64,000 nt of DNA from a virus. Of the stretch, positions 1 through 9,250 are shown piece by piece. The stretch's first letter is position 1. The number at the start of each line of letters is the position of its first letter. Made by a program: the position numbers and the translations under genes. The stretch lies in IMG/VR virus record IMGVR_UViG_3300023180_005138, positions 32,001 to 96,000 of that record. One strand, 5' to 3'. Below the pieces are notes generated by a model that was not told the origin of the DNA, did no database searches, and worked only from the letters and a program-made list of their open reading frames with translations.

Positions 1-166
1 AAAGTTTCAAATGAAATTAATCTATCAGCATCACGAAAGAAAAAGAATTTTAGAAACTGTAAAGAACTATAATAACCCTAATACTTGGGACGCTATTATT
101 GAAAATTACATTAATGTAATTACAGGAGTATATAATAATGAACAAAGACCAAGAAGATACACTTAG
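1..166 (+). CDS. 5'-truncated ORF, possibly the C-terminus of a GT-B glycosyltransferase
   Basis: Open frame from base 2 to TAG at 164-166 (...ETVKNYNNPNTWDAIIENYINVITG...). The W-x-x-I-x-x-x-Y ending resembles GT4 C-termini. Not in the supplied ORF track. Confidence 0.35.
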   Translation, partial: KFQMKLIYQHHERKRILETVKNYNNPNTWDAIIENYINVITGVYNNEQRPRRYT

Positions 167-584
167 TATATGGAGCTATATAGAACAACCAAAAACTTTA
201 GATGAAAAAATCTTAAGAGATTTTCATGGTAATGCTCCTATAGTAGACGAAAATCAAATAGAAAACCCTACAGTAGATGACGAATGTATAAAGTATTTTA
301 ATACTCTTATAAAAGAAAAGAATGATTTTATAAGAATAGCTATTGAGGGAGGCGGATGCTCTGGTTTTCAATATGCTTTTTATATTAATGATCCAGAGAT
401 AGAAGATTCTGATATTATTATAAATGAGTCTCCTAAAGTAGTTATAGATTGCGAAAGTATTAAGTATATGAAAGGTGCTATCATAAGATATGAAACAGCT
501 CCTTTTAATCAAAGAGTTTATGTAGACAACCCAGGAGCAAAATCTAGTTGTGGTTGTGGAGAGTCTTTTTCTTATGAATTTTAA
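138..584 (+). CDS. erpA: A-type Fe-S cluster carrier protein (ErpA/IscA/HesB family)
   Basis: IRIAIEGGGCSGFQY and C-terminal NPGAKSSCGCGESF supply the three conserved Cys; the GGGCSGFQY variant is ErpA-like. Confidence 0.85.
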   Translation: MNKDQEDTLSIWSYIEQPKTLDEKILRDFHGNAPIVDENQIENPTVDDECIKYFNTLIKEKNDFIRIAIEGGGCSGFQYAFYINDPEIEDSDIIINESPKVVIDCESIKYMKGAIIRYETAPFNQRVYVDNPGAKSSCGCGESFSYEF

Positions 585-1197
585 CTGGATAAAAACAGAA
601 AGTAGACTACCGTGGCTTCCTTTAGATATTTCTATTCCATACGAAGAAATGTTAGAGGAGGCTAAAAAAGTTAAAGAACGTTTTGTTTCACATAGAGACG
701 GAGACTCTCCTGGAGGCTATAGACATCGAGGTTGGAAGAGCTTATGTATTCATGGAATAGAAGAGACTAAGACTAATCATTTTACTTCTTATGGATATAA
801 GTCTCACGAAGATACCCCCTATAGATGGACTAAAACAGCTTTTTTATGTCCAATTACAACTAACTGGTTAATTAATAAGTTTCCAATGGAAAAATATTTT
901 AGAGTTCGTTTTATGTTATTAGAACCAAATGGTTTTATTGCTCCTCATAGAGATATGGATAAAAATATGTTATCACCAGTAAATATAGCACTTAATCATC
1001 CCACTGGTTGTATATTTAAGATGGAGACTCATGGGGTAGTTCCTATGGAACCAGGATCTGTAATGTTGTTAGACGTAGGAAATACTCACGCCTATATTAA
1101 TAAGTCTGATGAAGATAGATATCATATTATTATTCATGGGGTAGAAAATGATAGGTATAGAAAGTTAGTAGAAGAGAGCTATAATAAATATGCCTAA
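574..1197 (+). CDS. Asp/Asn beta-hydroxylase-like 2OG-Fe(II) oxygenase
   Basis: RVRFMLLEPNGFIAPHRD (HxD) with a distal H...R.HIIIHG. The ATG at 574 is preferred over the GTG at 550. Confidence 0.75.
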   Translation: MNFNWIKTESRLPWLPLDISIPYEEMLEEAKKVKERFVSHRDGDSPGGYRHRGWKSLCIHGIEETKTNHFTSYGYKSHEDTPYRWTKTAFLCPITTNWLINKFPMEKYFRVRFMLLEPNGFIAPHRDMDKNMLSPVNIALNHPTGCIFKMETHGVVPMEPGSVMLLDVGNTHAYINKSDEDRYHIIIHGVENDRYRKLVEESYNKYA

Positions 1198-2548
1198 ATA
1201 TATAATCGGTATTTATGATGACAGAGATCAGATATATAAAAAAGATTTAGCAAATAGATATAAAGAATTAACTGAATTTTTTATTAGACATATGAGTTCT
1301 CCTACTCCCAGAGAATTACTTTATGGAAATTCTATCAATGAGGTTTTAAATAAAGCAATAAAAACAGAAAATACTCATTGTTTAATAATGTCTATAGGTC
1401 ATTTTATTCGAAGTCCTACCTTTTTTAAATATATAGATGAATGGATAAATAAAATAGACTTTTTCATAACTGGGCATATAATTGATAAAGATTCGGGCAA
1501 TTCACAAGAAAACAGTGATAATCATTATTATGGATTACACAAACAATGTCTATTAGTTAATTTAAAATATTACGAAGAGTTTAAAAAACCTGACTGGGGG
1601 GTAAATGTTAGAGATTCTGGTATGCCAGAAAAAGTAGCTGTAGCAAAGCGCTCTTCAGATAATATTCATGACGACTATACACCTTTATTCTTAGACCCTA
1701 CACAAGATACAAAAGTATGTACTCCTTATGTAGATGGATGGAACTTTATTAATACCTCATTAAATAATAATTTAAAAGTATATAATTTTCATCCTAAGAT
1801 AAGAGTTACTAAAAGATATGCATACCCTAACAAAGATTTAGATACCCTAAAAGAACAGCTTAATTGGATAGTAAACATATTAAATGGTGCTACAGACTGT
1901 GTATTTTTTTGGAACACAGAAGCTATGTTTGATGTTAAAAGATATACGAAAAAAGTACAAAAACCAATTAAAAAACTATATTCTGTAGCTGCCGGATTCA
2001 AACCCAACTATATGTTACATTCTATAGGTTTTACAGATACTACAGAAATCGTTTACTTTGATTATAGTAAACAAGCACTTAGTTTTAAAAAAGCCTTAAT
2101 AGACCTTTGGGACGGAAGAGATTATCCCAATTTTTTAAGAGAGTTAAAGAAAAAATTTAAAGTAAATGAAACTTTCGGAGCACAAACAGAGGGTAAGTCT
2201 TATGAAGAGCTGTGGGAAAGAGAATTAACTTATTGGGAGTCAGAAGAGACGTTCTACGAACACTGGCAACAATATAAAAAATTAAAACATACTTTTATAC
2301 ATTGTAATTTGTTAGAAAATTCAGAAAAACTAATAAAATTAATAGATGGTACGGAAGACTCTTATATTTGGTGGAGTAACTGTTTTCACACAGTAACAGC
2401 ACACTATACTATGCCTTTAAATGATTTAGAGAATTTATATAATAATTATGTAAAAAATATATACGAAAACAATAATAGTATAGTAGTATTTGGTGCAGAT
2501 CACATGAATAATAGAATAGAAGGAGTTAAAATTAGTGAATTACTTTAA
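1190..2548 (+). CDS. Hypothetical two-domain protein (452 aa), possibly a modification enzyme
   Basis: Long ORF coupled to both neighbours. The C-terminal half has a weak SAM-fold-like pattern (SVAAGF...VYFDYS); no firm family call. Confidence 0.5.
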   Translation: MPKYIIGIYDDRDQIYKKDLANRYKELTEFFIRHMSSPTPRELLYGNSINEVLNKAIKTENTHCLIMSIGHFIRSPTFFKYIDEWINKIDFFITGHIIDKDSGNSQENSDNHYYGLHKQCLLVNLKYYEEFKKPDWGVNVRDSGMPEKVAVAKRSSDNIHDDYTPLFLDPTQDTKVCTPYVDGWNFINTSLNNNLKVYNFHPKIRVTKRYAYPNKDLDTLKEQLNWIVNILNGATDCVFFWNTEAMFDVKRYTKKVQKPIKKLYSVAAGFKPNYMLHSIGFTDTTEIVYFDYSKQALSFKKALIDLWDGRDYPNFLRELKKKFKVNETFGAQTEGKSYEELWERELTYWESEETFYEHWQQYKKLKHTFIHCNLLENSEKLIKLIDGTEDSYIWWSNCFHTVTAHYTMPLNDLENLYNNYVKNIYENNNSIVVFGADHMNNRIEGVKISELL

Positions 2549-3092
2549 GCCTAATTTTACTATCAGTGCTAGTTGGGATAAAGAAATAGAAAAACTTCCA
2601 TATTTTGCTTGTAATGATTATGATTTAAAAAATGCAATAACTGCCTGTGCTATAAAAAGTGCTACAGGAAAAGAAGATGACTTATATAAATCTGAACTAG
2701 AAGATATACCAAAAAATTATAAATATACTAGGTTGATGGAAGTTCCTATTATTAATAAGGTAGTAGATTACTTTAAATTTGAAACTACAAGAATAAGAGT
2801 CTTTAAACAAGAACCAAAACATTCTACTCCTATGCATATTGATAAAGACGATCCTACTATCATAAGAATGTGGATGGCTCTAAATGAAGATGAAAAATTT
2901 AAATTCTTTTTTGGAGAAGAAAAAGAAGAAATAGTTTTAAAAAAAGGAGAAATAATATTCTTTAATCCAAACTATTTACACGGTGCTATTAATTTAAGTA
3001 ATAAAAATAGGTATACTTTAAATATCTGTGGAATTCCTAATAAATGGATAAAAGAATTATTAGAAGTTAGGAACAAGGTAGTATTTTTATGA
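2535..3092 (+). CDS. Asp/Asn beta-hydroxylase-like 2OG-Fe(II) oxygenase
   Basis: RIRVFKQEP.HSTPMHID (HxD), then LHGAIN...RYTLNI (distal His and Arg). Confidence 0.7.
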   Translation: MNYFKPNFTISASWDKEIEKLPYFACNDYDLKNAITACAIKSATGKEDDLYKSELEDIPKNYKYTRLMEVPIINKVVDYFKFETTRIRVFKQEPKHSTPMHIDKDDPTIIRMWMALNEDEKFKFFFGEEKEEIVLKKGEIIFFNPNYLHGAINLSNKNRYTLNICGIPNKWIKELLEVRNKVVFL

Positions 3093-3367
3093 TTGATATA
3101 GACGTTTTTAAAAAACCAAATGAAAATGTAGTAAAAGTTACTATGAGTGAATTTAGAGGACAAGTTTATGTACATATTCGAGACTATCAAATGGATGGTG
3201 ATACTGGATACTGGTTTCCAACCAAGAATGGGTATGCCTTTATTGCAGAAGAAACAGACTCCATTATACAAGCACTAGGAGAAGCTAGCGAATTTTACGC
3301 TAAGTATTCTAGAAACTTAGAAACAGCAGAACAACTGGAATTTAATTTTAGGGAAGAAAATGATTAA
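3089..3367 (+). CDS. PC4/p15-like single-stranded DNA-binding protein
   Basis: VKVTMSEFRGQVYVHIRDY...WFPTKNG matches the PC4 pattern (V.v.eF.G..YvdIR.y...PtkkG). Confidence 0.8.
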   Translation: MIDIDVFKKPNENVVKVTMSEFRGQVYVHIRDYQMDGDTGYWFPTKNGYAFIAEETDSIIQALGEASEFYAKYSRNLETAEQLEFNFREEND

Positions 3368-3675
3368 TGAGTATTAAAGCATGGTCAGACGAACAAGAAG
3401 CATCTTTAATAGATTTATATACAAATCAAAATAGGACAGATGTACACGAACTAGCAAAACATTTTGGAAAAGGATATAGGTCTGTAATTAGTAAGCTAGT
3501 ACAACTTAAAATATATCAAAAACCAGAAGACTTAGAAGAAAGTAAAACTAAAACAGTTAAAACTATGTTAAGAGAAATAGAAGAGTTGTTAGAGATTCAA
3601 ATTGAAGGTATTAACCTTAATAAAAAAGAAAATCTCGTAAAACTAGTAGAAGCTTTAAATAGTAAATTAGGTTAA
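3367..3675 (+). CDS. Small HTH-like DNA-binding protein (T5 D3/D5-like N-terminus)
   Basis: WSDEQEASLIDLY...ELAKHFGKGYRSVISKL resembles the N-terminal repeat of the D5-like gene at 6082. Confidence 0.55.
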   Translation: MSIKAWSDEQEASLIDLYTNQNRTDVHELAKHFGKGYRSVISKLVQLKIYQKPEDLEESKTKTVKTMLREIEELLEIQIEGINLNKKENLVKLVEALNSKLG

Positions 3676-3677
3676 AT

Positions 3678-4124
3678 ATGATAGATTGGAAAATCTTAAA
3701 CTATTTAAATAAGCAAAAATATAAACGTATTTTACTTATTACAAAAAATTATAACCAAATAAAAAAATTTGTAAATAACCCCTGTATAACAGTAATTGAA
3801 GAAAAAAATTTTCTTGAACATTATCCAGAAAATGCGTATCATATAATTTCGACCTGGGAATTATTGTCTGAGGGGGCATCGGTATTTATCTATACCTATT
3901 TAGCAAAAATGAATCATCTCTTAAGAGATGATGGTCAGCTCTATTTAAGAGTTCTTCACAATCAAAATCATTTCGTTGAATTTGATACCCCTCCTTTTTG
4001 TTGGAATATAGAAAGAATAGACTCTTTTGGAAAAACAAAAGGTCTTAAACTATATAAAGAAGCACAAAAAATTACTACTAAAAAAGCTTCTTTCTTACGA
4101 TTTAGGTATATTCCAGCCATCTAA
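3678..4124 (+). CDS. Hypothetical protein, possibly a degenerate class I methyltransferase fold
   Basis: YHIIST...LAKMNHLLRDDGQLYL resembles the MTase motif (yD.i....l......lkpgG.l). Confidence 0.4.
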   Translation: MIDWKILNYLNKQKYKRILLITKNYNQIKKFVNNPCITVIEEKNFLEHYPENAYHIISTWELLSEGASVFIYTYLAKMNHLLRDDGQLYLRVLHNQNHFVEFDTPPFCWNIERIDSFGKTKGLKLYKEAQKITTKKASFLRFRYIPAI

Positions 4125-4138
4125 ATTTCAATTAATTA

Positions 4139-4168
4139 TTGCCTATCGGTTAAAACTTATTGTATAAT
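4139..4168 (+). promoter_or_regulatory. sigma70-type promoter for the ligase
   Basis: TTGCCT-N18-TATAAT, 30 nt upstream of the ligase ATG. Confidence 0.7.
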
Positions 4169-4197
4169 TTTTATACAATAAAACGGATAACTATTTT

Positions 4198-5934
4198 ATG
4201 ACATACGAAGAATTAAAAGAACTGGTTGCCCATCACTGCCACTTATACTACGATATAAATCGTCCTGAGTTAAGTGATGCAGAATTTGATCAACTATATG
4301 ATAAACTGGTAAAAGTAGAAACAGATCAAGGATGGCATGATGCAGATTCTCCTACCGTTCGTGTAGGCGGTACAGCTGGTAAAGTGCGTCATCCATATAA
4401 ATTATACTCTCTTCGCAAAGTATATGATGAAGAAGAGATTGAAGACAAATTTATAGTTGAGACTCCTAAAATGGATGGAGCCAACTTAACAATTATCTAT
4501 AAAAATGGAAAACCTTCTATGGCTCTAACTCGCGGAAATGGTGAGTTTGGAGAAGATGTATCACATCTAATTCCAGGAATATTAGGTATTCCAGAACTTA
4601 TTGCCGGAGATGTCGCTGTAAACGGCGAATGTGTAACCGACAATGAAGTAGATAATTTTAGAAATTACGTTAGCGGAGCACTTGGTCTACTTGATCTTGA
4701 AGAGTTTCGTTCTCGTAATATTAGATTTATTGCACATGAACTTTTAGGTGTGGCTATGAATTACACCAATAAAATGAAAGTTCTATCTGCATCGTTGTTC
4801 CATACAGTTTTCGATGAGGAATTGTGTTCAAAGTATCCTCAAGACGGATTAGTGTATAGAATTGATGATTGGAGAGAGTGTGAAAGGCTAGGATATACCT
4901 CTAAATATCCGCGGTTCGCTGTTGCTCTTAAAGAAAAAGAGAGTCTTACAGCCACAACAACACTACAAGATGTGATTTGGGTTGTTGGTAGAACTGGAAC
5001 TGTTAATCCCACGGGCATAGTAGACCCGGTTGAACTTGACGGTGCGACGGTAAGTCGCGTAACTCTTCACAATATAGAATTCATCGAAAGTCATGACTTG
5101 GGCCTTGGCGACCTGATACAGATCGAAAGAGCAGGCGGGGTGATTCCGAAGTTTAATAGAGTACTCCAGCACTCACAACATAATCTAAAAATTAAACAAA
5201 GACATGCCGAAGAGAGCATTGGACACGCTCTTCGTAAAGTCGGCCCAAAGTTATTTGTAACTGATGCTTCGCAACACAGTACAAGTAAGTTGCTAGAACA
5301 TTTTATCAAGACCCTTGAAATCAAGGGACTTGGCCCTGCGTCCGTGTCTAAAATGGGACTACTTCATCCGATTGACCTTTTTGACAATCAAGATTGGAGC
5401 CTTCTTGGGGCAAATGGCGAAAAAGTTGTAGCAGAAATTGAACGTAGCAAGACAAAGCCTTATGAGCTAGTTCTTGCATCTCTGGGTATCCCTGGTGTTG
5501 GAAAAAGAGCTTCTAAGCTAATTGTAAAACACATACCTTCGTTTGATCGGTTGCGAGAGATCGAAACGGTGCAGATACACGGAATCGGGCCTAAAACCGT
5601 AGAAAATCTACTAGTTTGGCTTGACACGAACGAGGAGTGGGTCTATGGGCTTCCTCTTCGTCTAGAGCAGAATCAAAGCATAGACTTCGAGAGTGATTCC
5701 GACGAAGTACGAAAAATTTGCATAACAGGGAAAATGGATATGACCCGTAATGAACTTGCTGAAGTATTAGAAAGCAAGGGATTTAAGGTTACTAACACAG
5801 TCACAAAAGACTGCTATGCTTTGATAACTGCAGGAGATACTAGTAGCAGTAAATATAAAAAAGCTATTAGTAGTGGAATAAAAGTGGTAGACTATTGGGA
5901 AAATAGAACTGAAGTGTTAAACGGTGCTTTTTAA
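4198..5934 (+). CDS. ligA: NAD-dependent DNA ligase, single chain with BRCT domain
   Basis: Domain Ia (HCHLYY...SDAEFDQL), PKMDG adenylation motif, SKYPRFAVALK, OB fold (GRTG...ATVSRVTLHN), HhH (LGIPGVG) and BRCT (ICITGKM...VTKDCYALI). Confidence 0.95.
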   Translation: MTYEELKELVAHHCHLYYDINRPELSDAEFDQLYDKLVKVETDQGWHDADSPTVRVGGTAGKVRHPYKLYSLRKVYDEEEIEDKFIVETPKMDGANLTIIYKNGKPSMALTRGNGEFGEDVSHLIPGILGIPELIAGDVAVNGECVTDNEVDNFRNYVSGALGLLDLEEFRSRNIRFIAHELLGVAMNYTNKMKVLSASLFHTVFDEELCSKYPQDGLVYRIDDWRECERLGYTSKYPRFAVALKEKESLTATTTLQDVIWVVGRTGTVNPTGIVDPVELDGATVSRVTLHNIEFIESHDLGLGDLIQIERAGGVIPKFNRVLQHSQHNLKIKQRHAEESIGHALRKVGPKLFVTDASQHSTSKLLEHFIKTLEIKGLGPASVSKMGLLHPIDLFDNQDWSLLGANGEKVVAEIERSKTKPYELVLASLGIPGVGKRASKLIVKHIPSFDRLREIETVQIHGIGPKTVENLLVWLDTNEEWVYGLPLRLEQNQSIDFESDSDEVRKICITGKMDMTRNELAEVLESKGFKVTNTVTKDCYALITAGDTSSSKYKKAISSGIKVVDYWENRTEVLNGAF

Positions 5935-5979
5935 TGATTTTCACAAAAGACCAAAAGACTAAATACTGTCACATTAATC

Positions 5980-6008
5980 TTGCTCTATCATCTTTTAACT
6001 GCTATAAT
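5980..6008 (+). promoter_or_regulatory. sigma70 promoter with extended -10 for the D5-like gene
   Basis: TTGCTC-N17-TATAAT preceded by TGc; followed by a 5' hairpin TGAGAG-AAAAA-CTCTCA (6022-6038) and SD AAGGAG. Confidence 0.8.
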
Positions 6009-6081
6009 CCTTTTATGACGTTGAGAGAAAAACTCTCAGTCAGAAAAAACCAAAATAACTACTGACAAATAAGGAGAAAAC

Positions 6082-6762
6082 ATGTCTAAGTTTGAATACA
6101 CTGATGAAATGGTCACCCGCATGAATGATGTCTGCGGCAGTGGCGTAACTGAGGATATTATCGAGTCACTTTGTGACGAGTTTGAGTTTCCTCGTCGTTC
6201 TGTAACTGCAAAGCTACGTAAGCTTGGTTACGACGTTCCTAAGAAGCCAGGTGCAGCACCTGTCTTTACCGCAGATGAGACTGATGCTCTCGCTGCTTAT
6301 CTTGAAGCTAACTCTGGTAACCAGACAGCTGAAGAGATTGCTGCTGGATTCGCGGACGGTAAGTTTACCGCTCGTCAGATTAATGGTAAGGCTCTCTCAC
6401 TAGAGATGACCTCACACATTAAGCCCGCTGAGAAGAAGGTTACACCTAAGACCTACTCTGCTGAAGAGGAAGAGAAGATTGCTTCTATGGTCGAAGATGG
6501 TGCGTTCCTTGAGGACATTGCCGAGGCAGTCGGCAAGACCGCTAACTCAGTTCGTGGTAAGCTTCTAAGCATGGGTCTTAAGGCCGAGCAGAAGAACAAG
6601 AAGGGTACTAAGGCCGATCCTTATGAAGGTATCGAAGATATGCTTGACCAGTCAGTTGAGCAGATTGCTGAGAACTTTGATAAGACAGTCCGTGGTGTCA
6701 AGACAGTTCTAACTCGTCGTGGTCTATCTTGCGCAGACTATACGCCAAAGACAGCTGAGTAA
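6082..6762 (+). CDS. T5 D5-like DNA-binding transcription regulator
   Basis: RSVTAKLRKLGYDV...FTADETDAL...INGKALSLEMTSHIKP resembles T5 D5 as recalled; it follows the ligase as in T5; repeated HTH-like units. Confidence 0.8.
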   Translation: MSKFEYTDEMVTRMNDVCGSGVTEDIIESLCDEFEFPRRSVTAKLRKLGYDVPKKPGAAPVFTADETDALAAYLEANSGNQTAEEIAAGFADGKFTARQINGKALSLEMTSHIKPAEKKVTPKTYSAEEEEKIASMVEDGAFLEDIAEAVGKTANSVRGKLLSMGLKAEQKNKKGTKADPYEGIEDMLDQSVEQIAENFDKTVRGVKTVLTRRGLSCADYTPKTAE

Positions 6763-6782
6763 TCAGTTACACTGTTAGAAAA

Positions 6783-6815
6783 TATAGAGTGGGGTGCTAT
6801 GCACTTCACTCTATA
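6783..6815 (+). terminator. Stem-loop after D5 (probable terminator)
   Basis: TATAGAGTGGGGTGC-TAT-GCACTTCACTCTATA forms a 15-bp stem including G-U pairs; the U-tract on + is weak. Confidence 0.65.
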
Positions 6816-6829
6816 AGTGTATCTAAAAT

Positions 6830-7141
6830 ATGGCAGCAAAAGAGTTAACTTTAAACGAGATAGAAGAAGAAAAAATAGACATAGTTTTATCTTTGGATGA
6901 TCAAAGTAAAACAATATTTTTTGATAATTTGATTCAATTACACTATCCTAATATTAAAAGAGAATCGACAGAATATCATAATCTACAAGTACATTATAGA
7001 GCTTGTTGGTTAATGGAAAAGATTTACCGTAATAATGATTTTATGAAAGAGTGTTTTAGTGTAGTATATACAAAAACTGGTTTAATAAGAAATATTTGGA
7101 ATGATTTGTATTACACTGATGACGATTTAATAATACACTAG
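6830..7141 (+). CDS. Hypothetical protein
   Basis: 103-aa ORF filling the gap between D5 and the next gene. Confidence 0.6.
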   Translation: MAAKELTLNEIEEEKIDIVLSLDDQSKTIFFDNLIQLHYPNIKRESTEYHNLQVHYRACWLMEKIYRNNDFMKECFSVVYTKTGLIRNIWNDLYYTDDDLIIH

Positions 7142-7149
7142 GAGAATTA

Positions 7150-7911
7150 ATGAAATACGTATTAGTAACTGGAGGATTTGATCCTGTTCATTCTGGACAC
7201 ATAGAGTATTTTAAAGCAGCTAAGAAATTAGGCGATAAATTAATTGTAGGACTAAATTCAGACGAATGGCTTACTCGTAAAAAGGGTAAGCCATTTATGC
7301 CTTTAAAAGAGCGTATTAGTGTGGTAGAAAACTTAAAAATGGTTGACGAAGTTATAACCTGGGATGATTCTGATGGGTCAGCTAGTGCAGCTATTTTTAA
7401 ACTTCGTTGTACTACTGGGAATGATGACTCGATAATTTTTGCTAACGGAGGAGATAGAACAGAGACTAATACTCCTGAGCAAAAGCTATGGAAAGATACA
7501 ATAGGTGTTGAGTTTGCTTTTGGAGTAGGAGGGGGAAAACAAAATTCTTCAAGTGTTATTTTAAATAACTGGGATAAAGAGTTTGCTAACAGGGACTGGG
7601 GTAGTTGGAGTGTTTTAAAAGAATATCCTAATGTAAAAGTAAAAGAATTAGTAGTAAATCCTGGACAGTCATTAAGTATGCAAAGACACCAGCACAGAGA
7701 AGAGTTATGGTTTGTAGCAGCGGGAACTGCTACTGTAGGAACTTTAAATGTCTCAACAGATTATGATCTTTACACCGTAGAAAGGCTTAGTACTACAACA
7801 ATTAGAAAAAAACAATGGCATCAACTACAAAATAAACATGATGAAATACTAAGAGTAGTTGAGATTCAATATGGCGATCTTTGCGAAGAAGACGATATTG
7901 AAAGAAAATAA
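7150..7911 (+). CDS. Cytidylyl/adenylyltransferase (HIGH superfamily) fused to a C-terminal cupin (MPI type II-like)
   Basis: VTGGFDPVHSGH, LIVGLNSDEWL.RKKG and FANGGDR; then WGSW.VL...KELVVNPGQSLSMQRHQHREELWFV...EIQYG..EDDIER. Confidence 0.85.
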   Translation: MKYVLVTGGFDPVHSGHIEYFKAAKKLGDKLIVGLNSDEWLTRKKGKPFMPLKERISVVENLKMVDEVITWDDSDGSASAAIFKLRCTTGNDDSIIFANGGDRTETNTPEQKLWKDTIGVEFAFGVGGGKQNSSSVILNNWDKEFANRDWGSWSVLKEYPNVKVKELVVNPGQSLSMQRHQHREELWFVAAGTATVGTLNVSTDYDLYTVERLSTTTIRKKQWHQLQNKHDEILRVVEIQYGDLCEEDDIERK

Positions 7912-7914
7912 CGT

Positions 7915-7943
7915 TTGACTATTACTCTAACTTATTGTAAAAT
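7915..7943 (+). promoter_or_regulatory. sigma70 promoter for uvsE
   Basis: TTGACT-N17-TAAAAT, followed by SD AGGAG. Confidence 0.75.
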
Positions 7944-7967
7944 AGTAAAAAATAAGTAGGAGATAAT

Positions 7968-9065
7968 ATGTATTTTAACCAATCACAAACTGATTGGCGC
8001 ATTTCCCAATGCTGCCAATTTCACGATAAATCACTAGCTAAACGATACAATTTCGGAACAACGACAAAAACCTACGCTCTTAAAGACGGAGGTAAAGAAC
8101 GTGTTCAATCTAAAGCTATTGAAAATTGTACAAAACTAGTAGATATTCTTTCTACATATTTTACAAAACAACCTAAGAATTTGCGCTGTTTCAGAATCTC
8201 TTCTGAGCTGTTTCCTTGCTATACGCTAGAGTTTACAAAGCCTTGGTATGAAGAAATCATGCCAGAGATTTCTAAACTCCTAAAACAAGCAGGTGACATT
8301 GCTAAAGAGCATGAAATTCGTTTGTCTGTTCATCCAGGACAGTATACAGTTCTTGCATCTAATAATCCACAGGTAGTTGAAAACTCCGTTAAAGATCTAG
8401 AATACCATGCTTTATATGGTATTCTAATGGGTATCCCTGCTAAAGATTTTGCAATGAATATTCACCTTCAAGGGCTATATGGAGGCAAACACATTGATGG
8501 TATTAAGCGTTTCGCTACACATTTCGACTATCTTTCAGACTATGCTAAAGAATGTCTCACTGTTGAAAATGAAGACAAACCAAACGGATACGATATTGAA
8601 CATACACTAGAGCTTGCCCAACGAGTTCCTATTAGAACTTGCCTAGACATTCATCATTATGCTTGCCATCGTATGCGTACCTCTGAAAAAGCTATCAATT
8701 CATCAGGTAAAGAAGTTAATAAAAAGATTAGGGATGAAGTTACCCATATTACTGTGAATGATGATTTCTTCAAAGAAGCAGTAAAAACATGGGGTGATGT
8801 ACGTCCTCTATTTCATAAATCTCAGTCTTTTCCGATAGATAATGAAGATTACTGGATGAAGCCAAATGCACACTCTGATATGTATCATGATGAAGAGTTG
8901 ATGTCCTTGGCTATTCCAATGCTTGAGTATGCAGATTTTGAAGTAGAAGCTAAAAACAAAGAAGTTGCAGTGCAACACTTTTACAAATTTATACAAGACG
9001 AAGAGTCTATGGCAGGAGAAACCCTAACATGCAAAACTTTTGGAAATACTGGTGTAAAGCAATAG
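7968..9065 (+). CDS. uvsE: UV-damage endonuclease (UvsE/UVDE)
   Basis: FRISSELFP, RLSVHPGQYTVLAS, LTVENEDK, CLDIHHY and HSD metal-binding motifs. Confidence 0.9.
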   Translation: MYFNQSQTDWRISQCCQFHDKSLAKRYNFGTTTKTYALKDGGKERVQSKAIENCTKLVDILSTYFTKQPKNLRCFRISSELFPCYTLEFTKPWYEEIMPEISKLLKQAGDIAKEHEIRLSVHPGQYTVLASNNPQVVENSVKDLEYHALYGILMGIPAKDFAMNIHLQGLYGGKHIDGIKRFATHFDYLSDYAKECLTVENEDKPNGYDIEHTLELAQRVPIRTCLDIHHYACHRMRTSEKAINSSGKEVNKKIRDEVTHITVNDDFFKEAVKTWGDVRPLFHKSQSFPIDNEDYWMKPNAHSDMYHDEELMSLAIPMLEYADFEVEAKNKEVAVQHFYKFIQDEESMAGETLTCKTFGNTGVKQ

Positions 9066-9187
9066 GTCAAAAAGCGTATGAAGATAATAAACAAGCAGAT
9101 CGAGTAGCTATTATTCGTACCTGTTGGATTATATTACATATTATAACGTGTTTTGCAATTATCGCAAATGCGGTAAGACACTGGTAA
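9029..9187 (+). CDS. Small membrane protein (52 aa), absent from the ORF track
   Basis: SD GGAG then ATG at 9029: MQNFWKYWCKAIGQKAYEDNKQADRVAIIRTCWIILHIITCFAIIANAVRHW. One TM helix; resembles small proteins recalled from marine phages. Confidence 0.7.
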   Translation: MQNFWKYWCKAIGQKAYEDNKQADRVAIIRTCWIILHIITCFAIIANAVRHW

Positions 9188-9199
9188 TTTACATTTTAA

Positions 9200-9228
9200 T
9201 TGACATGTATTCTTCTTTATGTTAAAAT
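9200..9228 (+). promoter_or_regulatory. Consensus sigma70 promoter for the helicase-primase-polymerase operon
   Basis: TTGACA-N17-TAAAAT with TGn extended -10. Confidence 0.85.
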
Positions 9229-9250
9229 AAAGAAAAATAGGAGATTGACT

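Noticed and set aside
5966-5972. CTGTCAC as a Pho box upstream of D5
   Set aside because: It is a single half-site with no 11-bp-spaced partner.
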